Shown here piece after piece: positions 29,768 to 38,392 of a stretch of 64,000 bases of DNA; position 1 is the first letter of the stretch, and each line of letters begins with the position of its first letter. This stretch comes from a virus: the IMG/VR virus record IMGVR_UViG_3300024978_000198, one strand, 5' to 3'. Below the pieces are notes generated by a model. It was not told the DNA's origin. It searched no databases and saw only the letters and a list, made by a program, of their open reading frames with translations. The position numbers were made by a program, and so were the translations under genes.

Positions 29768-29792
29768 GCCCTATCTATGCGCGGTCTGGTGA

Positions 29793-30278
29793 TCACACGA
29801 AGTAGAGTCGGCCCTCGCCGTACTCTTCGAGATTCGATGATCCGTACACTTTGGCCGCGTCTGACAGCGTGTCGCCGTCTTCACCGAGTCCGTGGTCCCA
29901 GAATCCGGCTCCGTGCCTATTGCGCGTCAGGAAGAAATCGTGTCCGACCTGGCTGAGTCCGTAGTTCGGGTGTTGTGCCCGGACTCGTTCGATAGTGTCG
30001 CGGTTGGCGGCCAAGAAGTCAGCGACCTCGCCTCTTGCCTCGTCCAGCGAGGCAGGCATGATGTCGCCGGCGTCGTAGTTTTCGTCCATCGGGACGTCAT
30101 GTTCGTCGCACGAAGCCCACAGCGCTGTTTCCACGTACGACGACATAACCTGCTCGATATCGTCGGGCCGATAGTCGCCGGGGGCCTCAAGCAGTTGCAC
30201 ATCGGGCGCTCCGTGTTGCTTCTCCGCGAATTGGCCGCCGGAGGGAACCCCTGCCTGAACGCGATTCTGTGTGCTCAT
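29793..30278 (-). CDS. GGQF-tagged phage-type hypothetical protein
   Basis: MSTQNRVQAGVPSGGQFAEKQHGAPDVQL; YVETALW and GHDFFLTRNRHGAGFWD blocks; class B motif at 30284-30295. Confidence 0.8.
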   Translation of the reverse strand: MSTQNRVQAGVPSGGQFAEKQHGAPDVQLLEAPGDYRPDDIEQVMSSYVETALWASCDEHDVPMDENYDAGDIMPASLDEARGEVADFLAANRDTIERVRAQHPNYGLSQVGHDFFLTRNRHGAGFWDHGLGEDGDTLSDAAKVYGSSNLEEYGEGRLYFV

Positions 30279-30547
30279 GCCCCATCTATGCGCGGGAGCT
30301 GCCGCCGCCCGATGCCGAATCTTCGTGGGAGAGGGCAACGGATCGGGCGACGTTCTCGGCGAACAGCCAGTACCAGCCGCCCGCATGTGCTTGTGCGGGC
30401 GGCCAGCTGACGTGGGCCAACGCCTACGGTCGGGCCACAGGAGTCGCGCGCTATGAGGGGAATCTGCGCGCGGTCCTCGCGAGGCAGTTCGCAGTACGAC
30501 ACATCGGACGCGTTGGGCGGCTGCGGCTCGTGATACCGAACAGAACG

Positions 30548-33163
30548 TCACGCGTCAGCGGTTATGGTTGCGTACTTCGTGCCGTGGTCGGCATAGAGCT
30601 TCTTGATCGAGTCACTGTCGGCCGGGGATTCGTATACCGCCCGCCGGATCTTTGGGCTCTTCAGATTGATGCCGTAGAGAACTCCGTCCTTCTCGACGCC
30701 CACAGCGATGATCCGGTCGAACTCATCGCCGTGGGCGTCGGCATACTCGGCCAGCGCCTTGAGCTTCGGCGCCGCGTCTCCGAGGTGGGCGCCGTGAGGA
30801 TCGATGAGCGAGGCCCGGAACTCACCGTCGCTCTCATGGACGAAGACGAAGTCAGGCTGTACCGATCGCCACTCGTTACCGGCCTTGTGCGCTATCCGAA
30901 GCGAGTTCTCGCCAGCGGATGACGGATTGCGATACCACCCTGCGATCGTGTCGAGGCCGAGTTCGCACTTGATTGTGGCGCGTTCCCAGCGATTGTTCGC
31001 CGTCCTGAGTTCGAGAGGGTAGTCGCCTTCGGCTGTGGCGAGCACGTGCTTGCGCTCCGTCGGGAGCGTTTTGCGGTCAGTGTCGACCGAGTCGACCTGC
31101 TCATCGGTCTTGATCACAATGCCGATGCGCTCGGGTTCACGGGCCATGTCCTGAATCGCCTGATACGTCGGCTGCCGGGAATCGGGCAGGTTTGCGATCG
31201 CGCCCGCTTTGGCTGTCAGCCAGCTCCGGGTGAGTGCGTCGGCCGCGTCTTCGACGAGTTTCTGTACATCGGCGTCGATGAACGCCAGAGCTGCAACACG
31301 AGCTCGGAGGGCGGTCAGGTTGACCATCGACGGGTCGTCGCCCCGCTCGTAGGCGTCGCGCACGGCTCTGTCGATGTTCCTTCGGAGGTACCTGTTCACG
31401 ACGGATGCGCTGATCAGTCTACGCAGATGACGTAGCGCATCTGTGACAGTGGCCGCGTCAGCGTCTCGGGTCGTCGTGTCGTCAGTCGATTCGGTTTCAC
31501 CGCGCTGGGCAAAGATCCGGCGGATGTCGGCCGTCATGACTTGCTGCGCTTGCTTCTCGACGGACTCCGCATTCGCTGCGGTGATCGAATCGAGGACATC
31601 GAACATCGCCTCGTGGGCAATCTTGTTGGCCTCCGGAATGAGATCGTCCTGAGAGAGCGCCTGCGCTGCCTTGAGGATGCGCTTGATCGGACGCGGCTCA
31701 GTGGCCGGTTTCGCGAACGACGGCAATTCCTCGATCGTCGAGAACACCTCAGCAGGCAGATCCTTGTTCCGCAGCAGGGTCACGGGCTTGAGCATGACCT
31801 TCGAGATAATGGTTCCCCCGCCGCCAGGGCGTGGCTCACGCATCCCCATGATCTCTTCGGCGACCACCCTCGCCGTCTCCTTGTCGAAGTATGGCAGGTA
31901 GCACGACGACGTGTTGAGTCGTTCGACCGAAGTGGACTGCGCCAGCGGGGTGCGAACCATTCGTCCGAGAAGCTGGGTGACGTATGTGTCGTCCTTGCCG
32001 GGCCGAAGTGAGACGAGCACCTCAGCGCGAGGGCAGTCCCATCCGGTGGAAACGGCGTCTTTAGCCAGGAGGACCCTGATGCGCCGATCTCGTTCGACGT
32101 CCTGGGGTGCGACCTTCGGGATCACGTACGCGCCGACTTCAATCAGTCCGCGGTCACCTATAACGTGGGCCACGCCATCTTCGGGCAGCTCCGACCAGCG
32201 CTTCCGGATCGTTTCGAGCACGATATGGATTATCTGGTCCTCTTCGATCAGGCCCTTCTCGGTGTCCTTTTCGCCGGCAGCCTTATTAGGGATCTGTACG
32301 ACGAGCAGTGGAACCACCGGTTCGATGTTCTGCTCATCGCAGTACGCGTCCCACCGCTCGCACATCTCAACGAAGTCGGCCGTAGCGGCGCGCACCATGG
32401 TGGTCGAGAAGTCGCCGTCTTCATCGGGGATGTCCAGGACCAGCGCGTTCTTCAGCAGACCGGACTCTTGCACGTCCTTCGGGTCGATGATTATGTTGGT
32501 CGCCTTGATGAACGCGTCGGCCTTGGCCATCGCGTCAGTGAAGCGCTGCACGGTAGCCGAGATGCCCCAGACGATCGGCATTGCCGGGTTGACGCCGTTC
32601 CCGTTGATGATCTTGTGGACGATCGTCGTCGCGCCACTCGACAGCGCCCGCATGCCCTCGTGCGCCTCATCGAGAACCATATAGAGCGTCTTACTTTCGT
32701 CCCTGATGGTGTTGTCGAGGATCTCCCAAAACGTGAAGTGTCGGCTGTCGGTGTGCTTCACGAAATCGGCGCTCTTGCCGAGCTTGTCAGGATTGATGAA
32801 GTAGACAGTGCCCGTCTGCAGCGACTTCTCCGCGTAGGTCTTGTCGAGGAGCACCATGTCACCGATCGGGATCCGGTCGGCGCACTCGATGAATCGGCTG
32901 CGGGTCTGTTCGTTCAGTGAAGGATCTTTCGACACCCACAGCACCACGGCCGACGGGTCCGGCTCGATATCGAATTCGTCGCTCCCGTGCAGAAGCGCCT
33001 CGATCACGGTCGCTGCGATCACGGTCTTGCCCGAGCCGGTGGTCGACGACAACGCGAAGGTTGTCCGCTGCTGCCTACCGTGCCAATCCTGCCGGGCGTA
33101 CGTCAGGGATTTAATGATCCGCGCAACCGCGGTCGTCTGGTAGTCCTTCAGCGTGAACCGCAC
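30548..33163 (-). CDS. res: Type III restriction subunit-like SF2 helicase/nuclease
   Basis: LKDYQ, TTGSGKT, VLDEAH, GISAT, TGWDCPRA, QLLGRMVR, C-terminal VQPDFVF; directly downstream of mod. Confidence 0.85.
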   Translation of the reverse strand: MRFTLKDYQTTAVARIIKSLTYARQDWHGRQQRTTFALSSTTGSGKTVIAATVIEALLHGSDEFDIEPDPSAVVLWVSKDPSLNEQTRSRFIECADRIPIGDMVLLDKTYAEKSLQTGTVYFINPDKLGKSADFVKHTDSRHFTFWEILDNTIRDESKTLYMVLDEAHEGMRALSSGATTIVHKIINGNGVNPAMPIVWGISATVQRFTDAMAKADAFIKATNIIIDPKDVQESGLLKNALVLDIPDEDGDFSTTMVRAATADFVEMCERWDAYCDEQNIEPVVPLLVVQIPNKAAGEKDTEKGLIEEDQIIHIVLETIRKRWSELPEDGVAHVIGDRGLIEVGAYVIPKVAPQDVERDRRIRVLLAKDAVSTGWDCPRAEVLVSLRPGKDDTYVTQLLGRMVRTPLAQSTSVERLNTSSCYLPYFDKETARVVAEEIMGMREPRPGGGGTIISKVMLKPVTLLRNKDLPAEVFSTIEELPSFAKPATEPRPIKRILKAAQALSQDDLIPEANKIAHEAMFDVLDSITAANAESVEKQAQQVMTADIRRIFAQRGETESTDDTTTRDADAATVTDALRHLRRLISASVVNRYLRRNIDRAVRDAYERGDDPSMVNLTALRARVAALAFIDADVQKLVEDAADALTRSWLTAKAGAIANLPDSRQPTYQAIQDMAREPERIGIVIKTDEQVDSVDTDRKTLPTERKHVLATAEGDYPLELRTANNRWERATIKCELGLDTIAGWYRNPSSAGENSLRIAHKAGNEWRSVQPDFVFVHESDGEFRASLIDPHGAHLGDAAPKLKALAEYADAHGDEFDRIIAVGVEKDGVLYGINLKSPKIRRAVYESPADSDSIKKLYADHGTKYATITADA

Positions 33164-33165
33164 GG

Positions 33166-35292
33166 TCAGTTCCTCCCGGTGTTGATTTGGAAGGTACGCA
33201 GGTACGACTCGTACAGGCGCACGGATTCGACGCCGTCTGGTAGCTGTCCGGCGATCGACTGATACTGAACTTCGTCGTCGGTCACGATGTAGGCGACTCG
33301 GACTCCTGTGGCCTTTTCGATGGCTGACAGGAACGGGCTGGCCGAATCGACGTCAAACAGCACACCGTACCTATCCGCCACGTCGAACGTGTCGCATCGA
33401 TCATCGATCCGTCGCCCCTCGGAGCCCGCTCGCATCCATAACAGCGGTGCGATCCGCTCGAACGCCAGGTCCACCTCCACCAAGGCCGGATTCTCGTACG
33501 TCAAGGTGAAGAACTCGACGTTCTCCTCGAAGCCATCGGCCATCGGAAACTCGTCCGTGAACTTGTAGTCACCCGCTATCGGGTCGCCGCCCGGGGTAAG
33601 ACCGGTGATTGCAGCACTAATGCGTGGCTTCGTTATGTGTTCGCATATCCCCAGTGCATCCCAGTCTGAGTCGCCTTGACGCAACCCTTTTCTAAGGAGC
33701 TTCTCTTCTTGATCATTTACCTCATTGTTCGTGACCGACACCGATCTACGTCGCCCACCATCTTGCCGATTCAGACGCATCACAGAGTGCGCGGTGGTTC
33801 CAGAACCAGCGAAAAAGTCGACGACAAGAGCGTTTGGTTTAGCGGAAACGAAGAATCTAAGACTGTCTTCGACAGCGTAAAGAGATTTTGGAAACGGAAA
33901 TTTTCGATCTGGCAGGATCTTCAATAGTAGTCGAGTGCCATTCTGTGTCGCGTCGTGACTACTTAGCCTCCATTGCGAACTAGGCACCATAAGCCGCTCC
34001 GATACCTCAACAGAGTCGGTGATGACCGATCCATCTTCGCGGTTTCCTAAGACGTCATAGAATCCTTCGGCTATTTTCTTTCGCTCACCTTCCGCCAGAT
34101 AGTAAATGGGCGTATTCTCACCGTTGATTGAACCTAGTCGCAAGCATCCTTCAGCTAAGACTTTACGCACCGTTTCAGGCTTCAGACGCCACCGCCCCTC
34201 ACTGCCGTCCCTGCGTATGGGCCAAACGGCGAATGTGCCAGGAGGTGGTGAAGTATCAGATCTTGATACCCCTACACCGATTGGATCACCAACGCTATGG
34301 AAACGACTCCCATCGCTAGTGACGAAAAATGGGTAGAAGGTCTCAGGGTGGCCATCACGGGTGGGAGAGCTTCCTGACTTTCGAAGTAGGTCCCAACGAA
34401 TCTCGCCGCGATGCGTTCTCCCCTTCGACGTCACCCATTCGTCCTTTAATGGCAGTGGGCGAGCACCTGCCGATCCAAACATCACAAAGAACGCATATTC
34501 GTCAGACCTACCAAAATAGCCGTCCCTTGCCACAGAGGCTGGATTTATGAAAATCGACACCATCTGAATCTTGGCCTCTGGGCATGTTTGTTGCAGTAGA
34601 AGGCCCAAACGATGTACTTCCTTCTCGTCGATAGTCACGATCAGAACCGACTCGCTCGGATTCAGCAGCTTCTTGGCAATCTTCAGCCGCCGCTCCATGA
34701 ATGCAAGCCACTTCGAGTGCGCGTAGGAGTCGCCAGGATCAACAAAGTCGTTGTTGTACTTCCAGTCATTTGCCCGAGTATTATACGGCGGGTCGATGTA
34801 TATGCAGTCGACCTGCCCCTGGTAGGTGAATAGCATCGCTTCGAGCGCGTGGTAGTTCTCGGCGTTGATGACAGCGTGGAAGGGCTTGTCTCCGCCGCGC
34901 TCGACCTTCCCGGTTGAGATCAGGCCTGGGTAGATCGGGGCGCGAAAGTCTGCGATGAACACGAGGTCGTCAACCGCACGATCCGCTTCGTCCTTCGTTT
35001 TCGGGTCGACGAGACAGGCGATCCGCTTGCTCTTGGGCCCCGTTATGTCGGTGACGAGCCACGTAGCGTCCGAGTCGGCAGAAACCTCACCCCTCGGCGG
35101 AAGGAACCGGACCTTGTCTCCGACCGAGATGGGACGCCCCGTCAGAGCGACCGACTCGGGCATGTGACGCTCGAAGTTCAGTCCGAACTCGCGTCTGCTC
35201 TGCAACAATTCGATGTGCCGGCCAATTTCTTTGGCGGTGGCCGGGTCCAGTTCTTCGATGCGCGCCAGTAGCGCGGTCAGTTCATTGCTCAT
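33166..35292 (-). CDS. mod: Type III R-M methyltransferase subunit
   Basis: INAENYHAL, IYIDPPYN, FPFPKSLYA, VDFFAGSGTT. Confidence 0.92.
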   Translation of the reverse strand: MSNELTALLARIEELDPATAKEIGRHIELLQSRREFGLNFERHMPESVALTGRPISVGDKVRFLPPRGEVSADSDATWLVTDITGPKSKRIACLVDPKTKDEADRAVDDLVFIADFRAPIYPGLISTGKVERGGDKPFHAVINAENYHALEAMLFTYQGQVDCIYIDPPYNTRANDWKYNNDFVDPGDSYAHSKWLAFMERRLKIAKKLLNPSESVLIVTIDEKEVHRLGLLLQQTCPEAKIQMVSIFINPASVARDGYFGRSDEYAFFVMFGSAGARPLPLKDEWVTSKGRTHRGEIRWDLLRKSGSSPTRDGHPETFYPFFVTSDGSRFHSVGDPIGVGVSRSDTSPPPGTFAVWPIRRDGSEGRWRLKPETVRKVLAEGCLRLGSINGENTPIYYLAEGERKKIAEGFYDVLGNREDGSVITDSVEVSERLMVPSSQWRLSSHDATQNGTRLLLKILPDRKFPFPKSLYAVEDSLRFFVSAKPNALVVDFFAGSGTTAHSVMRLNRQDGGRRRSVSVTNNEVNDQEEKLLRKGLRQGDSDWDALGICEHITKPRISAAITGLTPGGDPIAGDYKFTDEFPMADGFEENVEFFTLTYENPALVEVDLAFERIAPLLWMRAGSEGRRIDDRCDTFDVADRYGVLFDVDSASPFLSAIEKATGVRVAYIVTDDEVQYQSIAGQLPDGVESVRLYESYLRTFQINTGRN

Positions 35293-35445
35293 CGCCGTGC
35301 TCCATCACCTTGGCGCACCGAAGCCGGCCCAGACGACAGCGCGCGCTTGTGACGCGATGGTGGGCAATAGCATTCTCGGCGCTCTCCTATCCTCGCTGAC
35401 GTGGGTCCACAGTTCTTGCTTCTGACCCGACATGCAGCTCATCAG

Positions 35446-35475
35446 GTATGTGTGCGGCAGGTTGATGGCACCCCC
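35446..35475 (-). promoter_or_regulatory. Class A motif upstream of mod-res
   Basis: GGGGGTGCC-N9-CCGCACACATAC; nearest ATG 3 nt away and mod starts about 150 nt downstream. Confidence 0.65.
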
Positions 35476-35742
35476 GAAGAATGTACCGTGACCGTGAACA
35501 GCGGGGTTAGCTTTCCTTCCACGCGGCCGCACCGGTAGCGCGATAGCAGCTGTGGGCGAGCCTCTGGGTGCGCCTCCCGTAGGTCAGTCTTCGAGGCCGA
35601 CAGTCTCCGTCCGCTAACCGACTTCTTGTCGCACCTGTGTACGGTCAGGGTCTTGTCCGAGTCGATGTTGAGCCTGGTGAAATGCAGTGCTGCATTGTTG
35701 CCGCGCACAGGAGCGTGCTAAGAGCTGACCAACGACAAGTCG

Positions 35743-36756
35743 TCAGTGGGGGTTTTTCTTCTCGTCCTCGTGCATCCACCGTGCCCGGTCAAGAGCCTCA
35801 TCCAGGTCGACGCCTCGCGCATCAGCCCAGTGCATAAGGTCGGTCAGCGCATCTTTCAGCTTCGTCTGCGGCTCCTCGTCGGCGTCCACCCATCTATTCA
35901 TGACATGCTCGGCGCGCGCCGCAGCGCGTGACGGTGCTGTCTGAGTATCTGGCTCGCGCTCCGCGTTGATGAACCCGCCTGCAAGGCTGATCGATACCGG
36001 CTGGCCATCTCCATCGGTGGCGGCGTAGTTGCCGTCCGGTAGTGCGTCGGGAATCTCGCCGATCGTGCCCATATAGATCTGGACGCCTGTATCTTCCGAG
36101 CGGATGATGACAAGCTCCTCAGCGTAGACGGAGTCGTTCGCCGACACCGGAAGCATTCCGGTCTTTTGGGTTTTCTTGCTCAGTCGGCGCAGGTCTCCGT
36201 CTAGTGACTGTGCGTAGTTCATGGCCGCGTTGATTCCGGTGGACTCGGGGTCGTAGGTGATGTCACCGGTGTCGCGATACTCCGAGATCGAGGTGAAGTC
36301 GCCGTGCCGGCCGGTGTAAACGGCGATCGAGTAGCCATCCACCCCCTCCCCGTCCGACTCGAAGGAGAACCGCGGCTCACCGACCGCGAGCTGTGACGAT
36401 GTTACGAATTGTCGCTCGTAACCGCGGCGCAGTCGATGGAATACCTCTTCAGCTTGTCCGAGCTCGTAGGAGCCTTCCATTGCGCCGTAGGTCTCTTCGA
36501 TCTCGTCGATCACGTCCTGCCGCGAACGGGCCACGCCGTCGTCGAAGTTCTCAGGATCGGTGATGACCGCGAACAACTTCTTGTTCTCATCGTCAAGGTT
36601 CCGGTAGTACGCAAGCACTCGCGAATCATCGATCTCCGCTGCGATCGGGTCGCTGGCCGGATCGGTCAGCAGCGTCACATCGGACTCGCCTTTCGTGTCC
36701 GGTGCGAACTGGCCGCCCGCGGGCACGCCGGATTGGACTCGCTTCTGCATGTTCAT
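35743..36756 (-). CDS. GGQF-tagged hypothetical protein
   Basis: MNMQKRVQSGVPAGGQFAPDTKGESDVTL; class B variant CCGAGCAAAGAT at 36762-36773. Confidence 0.8.
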   Translation of the reverse strand: MNMQKRVQSGVPAGGQFAPDTKGESDVTLLTDPASDPIAAEIDDSRVLAYYRNLDDENKKLFAVITDPENFDDGVARSRQDVIDEIEETYGAMEGSYELGQAEEVFHRLRRGYERQFVTSSQLAVGEPRFSFESDGEGVDGYSIAVYTGRHGDFTSISEYRDTGDITYDPESTGINAAMNYAQSLDGDLRRLSKKTQKTGMLPVSANDSVYAEELVIIRSEDTGVQIYMGTIGEIPDALPDGNYAATDGDGQPVSISLAGGFINAEREPDTQTAPSRAAARAEHVMNRWVDADEEPQTKLKDALTDLMHWADARGVDLDEALDRARWMHEDEKKNPH

Positions 36757-36759
36757 GGC

Positions 36760-37155
36760 CTATCTTTGCTCGGGTGGCTCGACGCGCTCGCCGTCTCGGT
36801 ACCACTGCTTTGTGCTGTTTTTCCAATCGATTGCCGGTCCGTCGTCGCGGTGCAGTTTGCCGTTGCGGTACCAGTCGTTGTTACCGCCCGGACGTTCTAT
36901 CGCCGGTCCGTCGTCGCGATGGCGTGTTCCGCTTCGGAACCACTGTTTCGCACCGTTGGCGTTCTCAATCGCCGGCCCGTCTTCACGGTGATACTCGCCG
37001 GCGGCGTTTCGCCATTCCATGTCGCCGTGCCGGTTGACCCGCATGGTGGAGCTATCGGTGGGCGCTGCCAAGCTCACTTCTGAGGCATAGTGTTGCTGCG
37101 TCGCGAATTGACCGCCGGTTGGAACCCCTGCGGAAACCCTTCGCTGTCTGCTCAT
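36760..37155 (-). CDS. GGQF-tagged protein with three HRxDGPA repeats
   Basis: MSRQRRVSAGVPTGGQFATQQHYASEVSL; class B variant CCGCATATAGAT at 37161-37172. Confidence 0.8.
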   Translation of the reverse strand: MSRQRRVSAGVPTGGQFATQQHYASEVSLAAPTDSSTMRVNRHGDMEWRNAAGEYHREDGPAIENANGAKQWFRSGTRHRDDGPAIERPGGNNDWYRNGKLHRDDGPAIDWKNSTKQWYRDGERVEPPEQR

Positions 37156-37328
37156 ATCCGATCTATATGCGGGATGGGCAGGTCTACCTCGTGACTAGAG
37201 GATTCGCGCGCACGTGGGCGAAAACTCGGCGTTCACAAGTGCGACTTCCGGATCCGTCGTGGTGATTCTCGGCGACCTGGCCGCCCATGGATACGGGCGT
37301 GCCAACGGGGCGGCGCCGCCGATCGAGC

Positions 37329-37991
37329 TCACTTCCTATTGGAAGCCAGGTCGAACTCCCCGGGGAAGAACCTTCGAGCACCTTGCTCTGCGTCTTCATC
37401 CGAAATCTCGACCCAGTCCTCGTTGCGGAAAGTGTGCTCGACGATATAGCGCTCGCAGTCCTCCTCGTACCAGCCGCCCCTACGCCTCCATGCCGGATGC
37501 ACTTGCTTGTTGCGCTGCTGGGAAAGCTTGTATCCGCCGTGGCCGGCGGTGGATGCAAAGGCGACGCCGGGAGCGAGGTTCTCGACGTGTTGAGCTCTGC
37601 CCCACGGCGTGGTGGATCCCTCGCGGACGCTGATGCGCCCGTAGCGTTCCTCCTCTGATCTCGCCCGCTCATCGATCTTGAGCATTGCGATGGCGTCGAT
37701 CGCCTGCTGCCGAGCATCTTCCGCGGACGCCCCTTGCCCCGTGATCGTGTGAAGTCCGTCGGCGGTGCTGGCCTCCCAGTAGCCGGATTCGGCAAGGACC
37801 ACGAGATTGAACCCGTCCTTGGTGGCACGGGAAACCTTTCCGGAAGGCGTCTCCACCCAGTCGACTCTGGCAACGAGTGGCGTTGACGCGCTGTCCAGGC
37901 TGACTCCAGATTCGGCATGCTGCTGCGGAGCGAACTTGCCGCCTTTGGATGCCGGGGTGCCCTTTGGGTGTCTCTTCTGATCGGTCGTCAT
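37329..37991 (-). CDS. Protein with a variant tag and a DUF7007-like C-terminal domain
   Basis: MTTDQKRHPKGTPASKGGKFAPQQHAESGVSL; TPWG...STAGHGGY...WYEEDCE; class B variant CCGCACATAGAT at 37997-38008. Confidence 0.75.
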   Translation of the reverse strand: MTTDQKRHPKGTPASKGGKFAPQQHAESGVSLDSASTPLVARVDWVETPSGKVSRATKDGFNLVVLAESGYWEASTADGLHTITGQGASAEDARQQAIDAIAMLKIDERARSEEERYGRISVREGSTTPWGRAQHVENLAPGVAFASTAGHGGYKLSQQRNKQVHPAWRRRGGWYEEDCERYIVEHTFRNEDWVEISDEDAEQGARRFFPGEFDLASNRK

Positions 37992-37998
37992 ACCTGAT

Positions 37999-38217
37999 CT
38001 ATGTGCGGTGGCGCCCCATGTACGCTTCCGTCTCGGCGCAGACGTTTCGCTCGTCGAACCCGAAGCAGGAGAACACCTGGCCGGCGAGCTTGTCGACTCG
38101 CACCCACACCGGGAACCGAGCGTAGAGGTGCGCGAGCTCTCCAGACGTCTCGATGACGGTTCCGGGGCCCTCGGGCGTGACAACCCGGTCGCCGGGGCGG
38201 AACACCGAATCGGTCAT
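37999..38217 (-). CDS. Small SH3/KOW-like hypothetical protein
   Basis: FRPGDRVVTPEGPGTVIE; ATGA coupling to the upstream ORF. Confidence 0.6.
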   Translation of the reverse strand: MTDSVFRPGDRVVTPEGPGTVIETSGELAHLYARFPVWVRVDKLAGQVFSCFGFDERNVCAETEAYMGRHRT

Positions 38218-38360
38218 TGCTTGCCCGAGCGTGTTGGGCGGCCTTTGTGAACGGCGAGCTTGCCGTCGCTCCGGACTGAGACCTTCTTTCCGCACGATGG
38301 GCAGGTTCCCTTGTATCCACGAAGGGCCCAGGTGTTCGAGTACGGGCAATTCGAAGCCAT
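38214..38360 (-). CDS. 48-aa Cys-rich protein, not in the track
   Basis: Translated by hand: MASNCPYSNTWALRGYKGTCPSCGKKVSVRSDGKLAVHKGRPTRSGKQ; stop overlaps the next ATG. Confidence 0.6.
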   Translation of the reverse strand: MASNCPYSNTWALRGYKGTCPSCGKKVSVRSDGKLAVHKGRPTRSGKQ

Positions 38361-38392
38361 GGTTATTGATCCTTCGAGTTTCTGGTCACGCT

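Noticed and set aside
37160-37330. tRNA or ncRNA in intergenic gaps (also 28190-28740, 30296-30547, 35480-35740)
   Set aside because: No cloverleaf, T-loop consensus or convincing terminator by eye; tRNAscan-SE and Infernal would be needed to exclude them.
5514-37991. The tag as a Sec, Tat or lipoprotein signal peptide
   Set aside because: No hydrophobic core, no consistent twin-arginine consensus and no lipobox.
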